A DNA stretch of 61,152 nucleotides from Fidelibacterota bacterium (GCA_029936885.1 JAPYRR010000002.1:1-61152), one strand, 5' to 3'; shown: positions 15,332 through 24,732, counted from the first letter of the stretch. Translations and numbers: made by a program. The notes: generated from the letters alone by a model not told the origin.

Positions 15332-15386
15332 AAGGAATGTTTTGCAGGATGCTTTGCAACGCATCGATTCTTCTGATAATATTATT

Positions 15387-17639
15387 TTATTCTTGAATTT
15401 CTAGTCTATCACCTGATTTTGGTTTATTAATCTTTATATTCAAGTTCCACGTCGTTAATGCATTTTGAATCAGTAACACTTCATTATCATGAATAAATTC
15501 ATCTGCATTAGCAATATCAATGAATGCATGGATGAGTCTCAATAATTGATTTGAATCAGTTTCATCAGAATTTTTAATATTTATTAATGAAGTCACGTAC
15601 TGTTCTTGTCTAGACTTTTCATTTTTAAGGTCAATGAATTTTCGGGTTGCCAATCCAAAGTCAGAGTTAAAACTCTCATGGGTCACATCTTTCGAAAATT
15701 TTCCAAAACTCTCATAAATAACATCTTTTTCTAATTCATCAATTTCTTGATCCGCAAAAAAGGAAATACACAGAAGGGTGAAAAGAATATCATGATTGAT
15801 TGTCCAAGCCGTTGGTGAATCATCATCGGATATTTCACGAGCAGAAATTTTGCGTTGGAGGTCTTCCATCCGTTCCTTATCCGAATCATTCAAATACCCA
15901 TCCTGACGTTGTCGCTTTTGCATAAGTTTATCTGCCTCGAGGGTAAGGAATTGAACATCCCGTTCTAAGGCTTCCAAACGATTATCCATCAACTCAAATA
16001 AGAGTTCCTTAAAGGCTTCCAGTTGATCCTTTTCCGGTGCAAAATAAATATTGAGATTTCCGCGATCTGTATCTTCCCAAAAGGTAGGCCCAAAAATGGA
16101 CAGGAGAAAACATTGTGTATTGGCGTTTGCCTTGAAAGATTTTTCATCGAAGTATGCAAGGTCATCCAAATAGTCTTCAGCAATCGCTGTGGCAAAACCC
16201 TTTTTATCAACCGATAAATAAAATAAAGCTAATCCAATTTGGATTCTTCTTGTTCCGTTATTCCCACCTAAAATGCCTTTATCTACACCATCTTTTGAGT
16301 AGCCGGGTGGTTTATCCAACTGAAGGATTAATTTCAATAGTTCCATTTGATCCTCATCGCTCCATCCTTTTTCATAGATCAAAACTTGACATTTCCTTAA
16401 TTCAAAGGTTAACGTGTCCACAATAAAATAGAGAGATGGATTCCCCTCAGCATTTTTATAAATATCATTGGCGTAAAATTTAAATTTATCATAACAATAT
16501 TTTGCCATATCAACACGGTTTGCCTTTACATATTCCTGAATCATATTTGAATAATGAAATGATAAATTATATAAATTTCTTGGTTCATTATTTTTGTAGG
16601 CATGTTTCATAGCAAATCGGAAAAGGGTATTAAATCGGATATTTACATTATCTAAAATTGTATTATCATTCATATCCAAACATGTTTTCCCAACATCAAC
16701 TAATTCTGCCGGGATAAGAGATGCAATATCAAAGCGATCATTTTCAATCATTTTGATATAAGAATTTCCTAAAAGACGAAAAACTTTAATTTCATAAAAA
16801 GTAAAAGTTTTTGCCATTTCTTGATATTGTGATTCTGTATAAGTGCGAAAAGTTGCATTTGTCTTTATTGTGGGAGTTAAATTAAAAAACTTAGGATTAA
16901 ACTGAGACTTCTCACGGATATAAGCTTGGATAATTGTACTGATTTGTCTAATAATTTCTGTTTGAGTTTCCTTGAATTCTGTGAATGCCAGAAGATCATC
17001 TAACTGATCGAGTGATCCCATAATTTCTTTTTGATACTCTTCAACGACATCGAGACTATTATTCATAGCGGATCGAATTGATGGTTTTTTTAATTTAAAA
17101 ATAAACGATTTAATAATTCCGGAAATAGTCGCAACAACATTGCTCGTCTTGGAATATAACAGAATATAAAAAATATAGGGAAGCGTGAAGATAGAACCGA
17201 TGAATAGATAAACGTACGTATTAAGTACAATGCTGGAAACCCTATTCAACGGCTCAACATAAAACATGATAATGGTTGCATGTAGGGACGCTAGGATTAA
17301 AAACCATACATAAATCAAACTCAACCAATCTTTCACAAATAAATCCATAAGTTTTGGAGAAGATTCTGCAGCAATTGCCACGACAATAATCAGGGTTCCC
17401 AATACCATGGCCAAGACTCCACCCCAAATTTCAGGTGCAAATCCTAAATCAATACTCTCATGATCTGATAATACAATACTGAATTGACTCTCAAGAAAAT
17501 TAACAATAGATGGAAAATAAATATGAAATAGAATATCTGAAACCAAGACACCAATTAGCACCAATAAGAAAGTTATAGATGTACGGTATTTGAATTGGAG
17601 ACTATTAAATTTTACGAGTGTTGAATAAAATGTTTCCAT
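15387..17639 (-). CDS. multi-pass membrane protein with helical cytoplasmic domain, coiled coil and C-terminal TerB-like domain
   Basis: About 5 N-terminal TM helices (residues about 20-170). A charged coiled-coil LEALERDVQFLTLEADKLMQKRQRQ is present. The C-terminal 120 aa carry ADxE[IV]DExEK and ADxFIHxNE half-motifs typical of TerB. Confidence 0.6.
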   Translation of the reverse strand: METFYSTLVKFNSLQFKYRTSITFLLVLIGVLVSDILFHIYFPSIVNFLESQFSIVLSDHESIDLGFAPEIWGGVLAMVLGTLIIVVAIAAESSPKLMDLFVKDWLSLIYVWFLILASLHATIIMFYVEPLNRVSSIVLNTYVYLFIGSIFTLPYIFYILLYSKTSNVVATISGIIKSFIFKLKKPSIRSAMNNSLDVVEEYQKEIMGSLDQLDDLLAFTEFKETQTEIIRQISTIIQAYIREKSQFNPKFFNLTPTIKTNATFRTYTESQYQEMAKTFTFYEIKVFRLLGNSYIKMIENDRFDIASLIPAELVDVGKTCLDMNDNTILDNVNIRFNTLFRFAMKHAYKNNEPRNLYNLSFHYSNMIQEYVKANRVDMAKYCYDKFKFYANDIYKNAEGNPSLYFIVDTLTFELRKCQVLIYEKGWSDEDQMELLKLILQLDKPPGYSKDGVDKGILGGNNGTRRIQIGLALFYLSVDKKGFATAIAEDYLDDLAYFDEKSFKANANTQCFLLSIFGPTFWEDTDRGNLNIYFAPEKDQLEAFKELLFELMDNRLEALERDVQFLTLEADKLMQKRQRQDGYLNDSDKERMEDLQRKISAREISDDDSPTAWTINHDILFTLLCISFFADQEIDELEKDVIYESFGKFSKDVTHESFNSDFGLATRKFIDLKNEKSRQEQYVTSLINIKNSDETDSNQLLRLIHAFIDIANADEFIHDNEVLLIQNALTTWNLNIKINKPKSGDRLEIQE

Positions 17640-17943
17640 AGAGTACTTTATTTATTTAGAAATTTAAATTTAATAAATCATTATTGGAGACAAAATTGTA
17701 TGTATAGAATGAAATAAGACTCATTTTAGTTAATATTATCCTCTGATTGGAAAAGAAAAACTACAATGGGGATGGTATTGAAACAATAAACCATCTCAAA
17801 AATAAAGTGAATGATTTTTACTCACAAATCTTGAATTTCTATCCAACATGCCATAATTTTTCGCAATACCTAGGCGGTGTCTAAGAGGTATTTGTTTACA
17901 TCGGCTAAAACAATACAAGTAATAAATAACAGAAGAGGGTTTT

Positions 17944-18375
17944 ATGGCAGATTGGAGCCAACATCACGATTTAGTATACGCATTCGTTTGTGTATCTTTC
18001 TTAGCAGACGGTGAAGTAGATGAATCTGAAAAACAAGCCATGCGTGGCAATGTGAAAGTAATGTTACCAGAAATTTCTGATGATCAATATTATTCGATTG
18101 AAGCAGAGGTCATCGATAAATTTATTGATCTGGGAAATGAATCATCCAGAAGTGCTCAATATGGAACGTCACTCACAGCACTGAAAGAATTATTTCCTAC
18201 GGATGAGGATCGATATAAGGTGGTAAAAAATCTGGCTTATATTGCTCGTGCAGATGCGTTTATCCATAAAAATGAAATGGCAATGATTGAACAAGCTGTA
18301 AGTGCATTAGATATGACAGATAAAGTTAATCTTGTCAAAACAGAATCCACACTTTTTGTGGATTTTAAAGGTTAA
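17944..18375 (+). CDS. TerB-like domain protein (paralogue of the C-terminus of 15387..17639)
   Basis: 143 aa that aligns over its full length to the C-terminal module of the divergent 750-aa protein (shared W...HD, C[IV]SF.AD.E[IV]DE.EK, KFIDL.NE.SR..QY.TSL, A.AD.FIH.NE). An AGAGGG element lies upstream of the ATG. Confidence 0.65.
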   Translation: MADWSQHHDLVYAFVCVSFLADGEVDESEKQAMRGNVKVMLPEISDDQYYSIEAEVIDKFIDLGNESSRSAQYGTSLTALKELFPTDEDRYKVVKNLAYIARADAFIHKNEMAMIEQAVSALDMTDKVNLVKTESTLFVDFKG

Positions 18376-18439
18376 TTTGAACTACCCATTTATTTTTAGC
18401 TCTTGCCAATGCTAGAGTTTAATTATTTAGAATATTATT

Positions 18440-18622
18440 TTGACTAGTCAGCAAAGAGGTGATGAACAGCGAGGAAATGATCGTCGCGAAGTCGGTAGAA
18501 GAAAAAAGGATCGACGAAGACATAAACTTTTAGTCAAAATTGATCTTAGGCGTTCAAATAGTAGAAATAATGAAGACCGTCGTGAATCAAACCGCCGATT
18601 CAATAAAGACAGAAGAGTCTAA
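18440..18622 (+). CDS. possible arginine-rich small protein with (D/N)RR repeats
   Basis: 60 codons with a TTG start and no in-frame ATG. Five [DN]RR[ERFV] repeats occur. Coding status is uncertain. Confidence 0.25.
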   Translation: MTSQQRGDEQRGNDRREVGRRKKDRRRHKLLVKIDLRRSNSRNNEDRRESNRRFNKDRRV

Positions 18623-18642
18623 CTAAAGAAATAGCTTTTCTT

Positions 18643-19071
18643 TTATATATAATTAGTTAATGCTTTAAGGGCTTCGAGATACCCTAATTTTCCTAATCCA
18701 CAAATTTGACCTATACATTTATCCTTAATAACGGATATTTTTCTAAACCCTTCTCTTTGATTTATATCGGAAAGATGAATTTCAATCGTTGGAATGGGGA
18801 TTGATGCAACAGCATCTCTTAGCGCGTAGGAATAATGAGTATATGCTCCTGGGTTAAAAATTATACCATCAAATTTTCCAATTGAATTATGTAACTGGTC
18901 GATTAGCTCACCCTCATGGTTTGATTGGATCCAATTAATTTCATGGCTCGATGCTTCAGACTGATTGTCTAACCAGTTTTCAATATCTTCTAGGGTATCT
19001 GTCCCGTAAACATCCGGCTCCCGTATTCCCAATAAATTCAAATTTGGTCCATTAATAACAAGGATTTTCAT
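18643..19071 (-). CDS. aroQ: type II 3-dehydroquinate dehydratase
   Basis: 142 aa with the typical N-terminus ILVINGPNLNLLGIREPDVYG. Confidence 0.93.
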   Translation of the reverse strand: MKILVINGPNLNLLGIREPDVYGTDTLEDIENWLDNQSEASSHEINWIQSNHEGELIDQLHNSIGKFDGIIFNPGAYTHYSYALRDAVASIPIPTIEIHLSDINQREGFRKISVIKDKCIGQICGLGKLGYLEALKALTNYI

Positions 19072-20138
19072 CGGATCACCTTGAGTGAATTCATAATCAA
19101 TGTTTCAGAAACTAGTTCACTCGTATTCCCTTTTCCCAATGCATCCAAAACAACAAAGTGAAGAATCCCATTTCTTACCTTCTTATCCTTTTTTACAAAA
19201 GAAAGAATTGTGTTTGGATCTACTTTTGATACGTTTGGCAATGTGAGCTTATCAATAATTTTATTAAGCGATTTATTTTCAAGAGGGCTTAAGAAACCCA
19301 ATTGTTCAGAAATCCATCCTGCACATTTCATACCAAGTAAAACGGCCTCTCCATGACGAATTCGGCCAAACCCTAAGTGAGCTTCTAAAGCATGACCCAC
19401 TGTATGGCCGAAATTCAAAAGTTTGCGAAGCCCATCTTCACGTTCATCTAATGATACTATTTCTGCTTTAATTTCACATGCGCGCTGCACAGCTTTTTCG
19501 AAAGGGAAGGAATCAATATCGTCTAACCATTCGGAAATATTATTTAAAAATTCAACATCACGAATGGCACCATATTTTATGACTTCACCTAATCCTGAAA
19601 TCACTTCTTCTCGGGGTAATGATTCTAAAATAGCGGGATCAATTAAAACACCTTGTGGCTGATAAATTGAGCCAACCAGGTTTTTCCCCTCAGCAATATT
19701 AATACCAGTTTTACCGCCAATGGAAGAATCTACCATCGCTAGCAGAGTTGTGGGAATTTGATAATATTCGATGCCGCGCATAAAAGAGGAAGCAACAAAC
19801 CCAGCCACATCGCCAACAACGCCACCACCCAATGCTAAAATAGTTGTTGAACGATCACATTTCATTTCAATCATTTGACTTATGGCACGACTGAATTCAT
19901 TCATGCTTTTTGCCGCTTCGCCAATAGGAAGTGTGATATAATCGCACTCAAATCCTTCCTTTTTTAGTTTTGACATTAAATCAAACCCAAACAACTCCAT
20001 CAAGTTGTATTGGGAAATAATAATCCATTTTTGCCCATGATTTTGATCCGCTAATATTGAAGGGATTTTTTTCAATAAGCCGGATTCTACATGGATGTCG
20101 TAGGATCGTTCTCCCAATTTTAATTCTATTGTTTTCAT
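19068..20138 (-). CDS. aroB: 3-dehydroquinate synthase
   Basis: 356 aa with GGGVVGDVAGF and metal-binding HTVGHALE..H motifs. Confidence 0.93.
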   Translation of the reverse strand: MKTIELKLGERSYDIHVESGLLKKIPSILADQNHGQKWIIISQYNLMELFGFDLMSKLKKEGFECDYITLPIGEAAKSMNEFSRAISQMIEMKCDRSTTILALGGGVVGDVAGFVASSFMRGIEYYQIPTTLLAMVDSSIGGKTGINIAEGKNLVGSIYQPQGVLIDPAILESLPREEVISGLGEVIKYGAIRDVEFLNNISEWLDDIDSFPFEKAVQRACEIKAEIVSLDEREDGLRKLLNFGHTVGHALEAHLGFGRIRHGEAVLLGMKCAGWISEQLGFLSPLENKSLNKIIDKLTLPNVSKVDPNTILSFVKKDKKVRNGILHFVVLDALGKGNTSELVSETLIMNSLKVIR

Positions 20139-20632
20139 AATGTTAAGTTTGTCAAAATATTATTTGTTATTTGTTCGGGATTTTTACCATCAGTTTCGAT
20201 GGTTAAATCTGCCGTACTTAAGTAATACAATTGTCTCTCTAACCAAATTTTAGTTAGAGTTTCTTCTGTTGTATCTTTCGCTAAAAGGGGGCGTTTTTTT
20301 GATTTAGATAAACGTTTGGATAACTCAGAAATTGAAGCTGTCAATAAAATGGCAGTGCCATTGTTTGAAATGAATTCACAGTTTTCATTTTTTAAAATGA
20401 TACCTCCACCACAAGCAATGATAGATTCATTAAAGTGTTTTAATTGTTTTGATTCTTCATCTCTAAATTTTTCTTCTCCATCATTTTCAAATATTTCAGT
20501 AATTGTTTTTCCTGTACTTTTTTCAATTTCTAAATCTAAGTCCACAAAATTTTTATTCATTTTTTCAGACAATATTTTCCCCACAGTCGATTTTCCTGTC
20601 CCCATCATTCCGATTAAATAAATATTATTCAT
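20135..20632 (-). CDS. aroK: shikimate kinase
   Basis: 165 aa with P-loop GMMGTGKST. Confidence 0.9.
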   Translation of the reverse strand: MNNIYLIGMMGTGKSTVGKILSEKMNKNFVDLDLEIEKSTGKTITEIFENDGEEKFRDEESKQLKHFNESIIACGGGIILKNENCEFISNNGTAILLTASISELSKRLSKSKKRPLLAKDTTEETLTKIWLERQLYYLSTADLTIETDGKNPEQITNNILTNLTL

Positions 20633-20704
20633 GTGTTAAAATGTTGCAGTCATGATTTTTTCCAAACTAACATGAACGCCCTCATACTTCAACTCACACA
20701 TTTT

Positions 20705-21865
20705 TTAATATTTCGCAGTTGCTTTCATGTGTGCATTGAGTTGCTCCATCGAATCGCCCCCAAATTTTTCGAGAAGCGCATCGGCGAGTACAAAGCACAA
20801 CATACTTTCGGCAATGATAGATGCGGCTGGAACTGCACATGAATCGGTTCGTTCTTTGTGGGCATCTTTTGCTTCTTTGGAATGAATATCCACAGACCGA
20901 AGCGGTTTGATTAATGTTGGAATCGGTTTCATTGCCATCCGTAAAACGATGGGCTGGGCATTACTCATGCCTCCTTCAATTCCCCCTGCATTATTTGTAT
21001 AGCGGAAATATTTTTCTCCATCATGGCCAATTTCATCATGGACTTCACTCCCAAACTTTTCAGCACCATTAAATCCACCACCAATTTCGATACCTTTGAA
21101 TGCATTAACGCTCATCATTAAAGCAGTAATTCGGGCATGAAGTTTCCGATCCCATTGGGTGTGAGCACCAAGACCGTAGGGGAGCCCCGTGGCGATTACT
21201 TCAAAAATACCGCCCACTGAATCACCGGAATTTTTGGCATCGTCAATAGTTTGCATCATAGCCGCTGCCGCATTTTTGTCTAGACAGCGTACAGGAGAAT
21301 CGTCAGCAATTTTACTTAATTCGTTTGGTGAAACATTATTGGGGAAAGGGCTATTATCCTTTACATCATGAATTTCAACGACGCGGCTGCCCACTTCAAT
21401 TCCAACATCTCCCAGTAGTTTTCGGCAGACGGAACCCAAGGCCACGCGCATAGTCGTTTCTCTTGCGCTAGAGCGCTCCAATACATTGCGGATATCATCA
21501 AATCCATATTTTTGGACACCGGCTAAATCTGCATGCCCGGGCCTGGGGAGAGTCACTTTTCGGATCTCATCTTCCACCGGTGATACGGACATTTTCTTTG
21601 TCCAGTTTTCCCAATCTTTATTACGGACAATGAGTCCAACAGGCGCACCTTGCGTTTGTCCGTGGCGAACACCGCACCAGATTTCTGCATAGTCTTTTTC
21701 AATTTTCATTCGTCCACCGCGGCCGTGGCCCAATTGCCTGCGGGCGAGATGAACGCCAATATATTCTTCGGATATTTTTAATCCTGCTGGCATGCCATCT
21801 AAAATACCGAGAAGGCCCTGACCGTGGGATTCACCTGCTGTGAGAAATTTGAGTCGTGTTAACAT
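20705..21865 (-). CDS. aroC: chorismate synthase
   Basis: 386 aa with N-terminal TAGESHG and RPGHAD motifs. Confidence 0.95.
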   Translation of the reverse strand: MLTRLKFLTAGESHGQGLLGILDGMPAGLKISEEYIGVHLARRQLGHGRGGRMKIEKDYAEIWCGVRHGQTQGAPVGLIVRNKDWENWTKKMSVSPVEDEIRKVTLPRPGHADLAGVQKYGFDDIRNVLERSSARETTMRVALGSVCRKLLGDVGIEVGSRVVEIHDVKDNSPFPNNVSPNELSKIADDSPVRCLDKNAAAAMMQTIDDAKNSGDSVGGIFEVIATGLPYGLGAHTQWDRKLHARITALMMSVNAFKGIEIGGGFNGAEKFGSEVHDEIGHDGEKYFRYTNNAGGIEGGMSNAQPIVLRMAMKPIPTLIKPLRSVDIHSKEAKDAHKERTDSCAVPAASIIAESMLCFVLADALLEKFGGDSMEQLNAHMKATAKY

Positions 21866-21878
21866 AATTAAACCTGTA

Positions 21879-22220
21879 TTATTCTAAAATAAGATGGGTA
21901 AGATTGCTTAAAATTTGGAGTTTATGATTGTGTTGGATTTCACCGAGTTTATTAATAAATCTTCGATTATCAATGGTTCGAACTTGATCGATAAGAATAT
22001 CAGAATTTTGTTTCAACCCAGCTTCACCTTTTTTCAAATGAACCCGTAATAACTTTGAATTTTGAATTACATTGCTTGTAATCGGACAAACAACAGTACT
22101 TGGATGAATATTATTCAAAAAGTTGGTTTGAACCACTACCACCGGACGGACTTTTCCTGGCTCCGTACCTTTCTTCGGATTTAAATCTGCCGTATAAACA
22201 TTGAATTTTTGGATATTCAT
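21879..22220 (-). CDS. MazF/PemK-family type II toxin (mRNA interferase)
   Basis: 113 aa with GTEPGKVRPVVVVQ and a [ILV]DQ[ILV]RT[ILV]D-like IDQVRTID block characteristic of PemK/MazF. There is a 4-nt overlap with the upstream small gene. Confidence 0.8.
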   Translation of the reverse strand: MNIQKFNVYTADLNPKKGTEPGKVRPVVVVQTNFLNNIHPSTVVCPITSNVIQNSKLLRVHLKKGEAGLKQNSDILIDQVRTIDNRRFINKLGEIQHNHKLQILSNLTHLILE

Positions 22221-22456
22221 TCAGTAAATGATTCTTCGAATTGTTCAAATTCTTCTAGAATCTCAAGTGAATTTTTACTCACCATTTTTGATTCTTTTCT
22301 GTAGGTCTCTTTTAGAAACTTTTGACGATTCATAAGATTAAAATATTCCAATGCTTTATTAATGTATGCATTGCGGGGGGTATTTAGTTTATGAATAATT
22401 TCTTCAACTTCATCAAAGATTTCATCGCGTATTTTTAATGAGAGAGCTTTTGACAT
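22217..22456 (-). CDS. putative antitoxin (ribbon-helix-helix-like)
   Basis: Small acidic protein just upstream of and overlapping the toxin gene, with an N-terminal KALSLKIRDE beta-strand-like segment. I prefer ATG 22456; the track's TTG 22468 would lie inside the operator repeat. Confidence 0.6.
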   Translation of the reverse strand: MSKALSLKIRDEIFDEVEEIIHKLNTPRNAYINKALEYFNLMNRQKFLKETYRKESKMVSKNSLEILEEFEQFEESFTE

Positions 22457-22466
22457 TATTTTCTCC

Positions 22467-22491
22467 AAAGTATATACTGAAAGTATATACT
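22467..22491 (-). promoter_or_regulatory. tandem palindromic operator-like repeat upstream of the TA module
   Basis: AAAGTATATACT occurs twice with a 13-nt period (22467-22478 and 22480-22491). Each copy contains the perfect 10-bp palindrome AGTATATACT. Confidence 0.5.
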
Positions 22492-22516
22492 ATTTTGATA
22501 TGTGAACCAATTCATT

Positions 22517-23323
22517 TTAATTTTTTAATTCTCCAATTAGTCGATTAGAAATAAGAGAAATATTAATTTTTTCTGATATTTTTTCATCGAACCAAATGTC
22601 CGCTGATGCCAATCCCTGGGCGATGAACATATCCAATCCGCCAATAGTTTTTGCACCTTTTTCTTTTCCAGTTTTGAGCCATGCGGTTTCTAATGGATTG
22701 TAAATAGTATCTGCTAAAATTTGTCCATTTTGGATTTCCACATTTGGCATGGATTCAGTATCTGGCCACATTCCTAATGGTGTGCAATTTATAATAAGTG
22801 TTTGAGTGTTCGAGCGTTTATGTGTTTGCGTATTAACTGGAATACCTGAAATTGATTTTATCCATTGAGCTAAATCGTCGGCTTTTTTCTTTGTGCGATT
22901 TACAATCGAAATGGAATTAACATTTGATTGAATTAAGGCATAAGCGATAGCTCGTGCAGCGCCGCCAGCTCCCAATATCAAACAATCCTTTTCCTTTAGA
23001 TTGATATTGTTTCCTTCCATTGCCATGGTGAATCCAATCCAATCCGTATTATATCCTTTTCCATTATGGACGCAATTTACAGCACCAATGGATTGTGCCG
23101 AATCATCCAACTCATCTAAAAATGGAATGACCGATTGTTTATGGGGAATTGTCACATTGTATCCATCCAATTTATTTGATTCCACAAAAGAACGAAGAGA
23201 ATGTGGCATTACATGTACTTTTTCAAAGGATCCATCAATTCCAAGTTGTCCATATATCTCTTCATGAAGAACTGGACTCATACTGTGGGCGATGGGATCA
23301 CCGATAACAGCGAATCGTTTCAT
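22517..23323 (-). CDS. aroE: shikimate dehydrogenase
   Basis: 268 aa with SMSP and NVTIPHK motifs and NADP-binding GAGGAARA. Confidence 0.92.
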   Translation of the reverse strand: MKRFAVIGDPIAHSMSPVLHEEIYGQLGIDGSFEKVHVMPHSLRSFVESNKLDGYNVTIPHKQSVIPFLDELDDSAQSIGAVNCVHNGKGYNTDWIGFTMAMEGNNINLKEKDCLILGAGGAARAIAYALIQSNVNSISIVNRTKKKADDLAQWIKSISGIPVNTQTHKRSNTQTLIINCTPLGMWPDTESMPNVEIQNGQILADTIYNPLETAWLKTGKEKGAKTIGGLDMFIAQGLASADIWFDEKISEKINISLISNRLIGELKN

Positions 23324-24564
23324 TGATTCAATCGCTCCAATTCATCATAGAATTCAGGATAAGAAATGGATGCACATTCGGGATAATCCAAAATAATATC
23401 TCCATCTGAAACGAGTCCCGCAATGGTAAAAGCCATGGCGATGCGATGGTCATGAAATGTTTCAATCTCTCCACCTTTCAATTGTGTTGGACCATGAATA
23501 ATAAATCCATCTTCAAGTTCTTCAATGTTCGCACCTATTATTTTTAGATTTTTACAAATCGCATGGATTCGGTCGCATTCCTTCACCCGTAATTCTTCGG
23601 CACCCCGGACTTCCGTTTTACCTTTCGCTTGTGTCGCCAAAATAGCAATAATAGGCAATTCATCTACAAGACCGGGAACATCATCTTTTGTAATTGTAAT
23701 TGCATTGAGTGGTTGCTGAAAAACTTTCAGGTTACCAATGGTTTCGCCAGCATCTTCCCATTGTTCTTGGCAGTCCATTCCAGCGCCCATTTTTTGAAGA
23801 GCGCCATAAAATCCAATTCTTGTGGGATTTCTTAAAACGCGGTTTAATATAATTTCGGAATTAGGAACAATGCTTGAGGCTGCGGCAAAAAATGCTGCCG
23901 TAGATGGATCACCGGGGACCGTCAAATCAAAGGATAAAAGGGGGGATGTTAATGGCGAAATAGTCGTTGTAAGTCCATGAGTTGAAATGTTTCCCCCAAG
24001 TCCTTTTAGCATTTTTTCTGTATGGTCACGAGATAAAATTGGTTCAGTAACTGACGTTTCGCCACTTGCCCCAAATCCAGCCAAGAGTACAGCCGATTTT
24101 ACTTGAGCGCTAGCAACTGGGGAATCATATTCAATTCCGGTTAAATCACTTTTATAAATTGTGATGGGAAGTTTTCCATTATTACTTTTGGACTTCAGTC
24201 CCATTTGAGAAAGTGGATCTAAAATACGATTCATGGGACGGGAAGAAAGTGATTCGTCTCCGATGAAAGTAGCATTGACACCTTGTCCGGCTAAAAGTCC
24301 CAAGAGTAATCTTGTGCTGGTGCCGGAGTTGCCGCAGTCCAAGGGCTGTTTCGGATCGGCGAATTTGCCACCCGTAACGACCACATCATCACCGTCATCT
24401 CGAATATCTATTCCGCACGCTTCCAGACATTCTCGGGTGGATTGCACATCGGTACCAGTGGAAAGGTTGGATATCCGTGATTCACCCTCTGCCAATGCTG
24501 CAAACATGAGCGAACGATGGGAGATGGATTTATCGCCCGGAAATGTTATTTTGCCTTTAATCAT
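23320..24564 (-). CDS. aroA: 3-phosphoshikimate 1-carboxyvinyltransferase (EPSP synthase)
   Basis: 414 aa with PGDKSISHR, GNSGTSTRLL and ELRVKECDR motifs. Confidence 0.95.
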   Translation of the reverse strand: MIKGKITFPGDKSISHRSLMFAALAEGESRISNLSTGTDVQSTRECLEACGIDIRDDGDDVVVTGGKFADPKQPLDCGNSGTSTRLLLGLLAGQGVNATFIGDESLSSRPMNRILDPLSQMGLKSKSNNGKLPITIYKSDLTGIEYDSPVASAQVKSAVLLAGFGASGETSVTEPILSRDHTEKMLKGLGGNISTHGLTTTISPLTSPLLSFDLTVPGDPSTAAFFAAASSIVPNSEIILNRVLRNPTRIGFYGALQKMGAGMDCQEQWEDAGETIGNLKVFQQPLNAITITKDDVPGLVDELPIIAILATQAKGKTEVRGAEELRVKECDRIHAICKNLKIIGANIEELEDGFIIHGPTQLKGGEIETFHDHRIAMAFTIAGLVSDGDIILDYPECASISYPEFYDELERLNQ

Positions 24565-24642
24565 AAATAAAATCTATTTTCATTACATGTGTAAATAATT
24601 ATAAAATTTGGACACGTTCATTCTAGTGGTATTCTATTACTT

Positions 24643-24677
24643 TCTCCCCTGTAATAGGAGAGAATAAAAGTGGGGTC
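24643..24677 (-). repeat. intergenic hairpin repeat, copy A (TCTCCCCTGTAATAGGAGAGAATAAAAGTGGGGTC)
   Basis: Matches 37212-37270 except for 3 substitutions and a 24-nt indel. It sits in the same orientation in an intercistronic gap of the same minus-strand array. Confidence 0.6.
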
Positions 24678-24732
24678 TATTAATATTAGAACTATGTTTA
24701 ATATCATATGATTTTCCACTTTTATTTTATTT

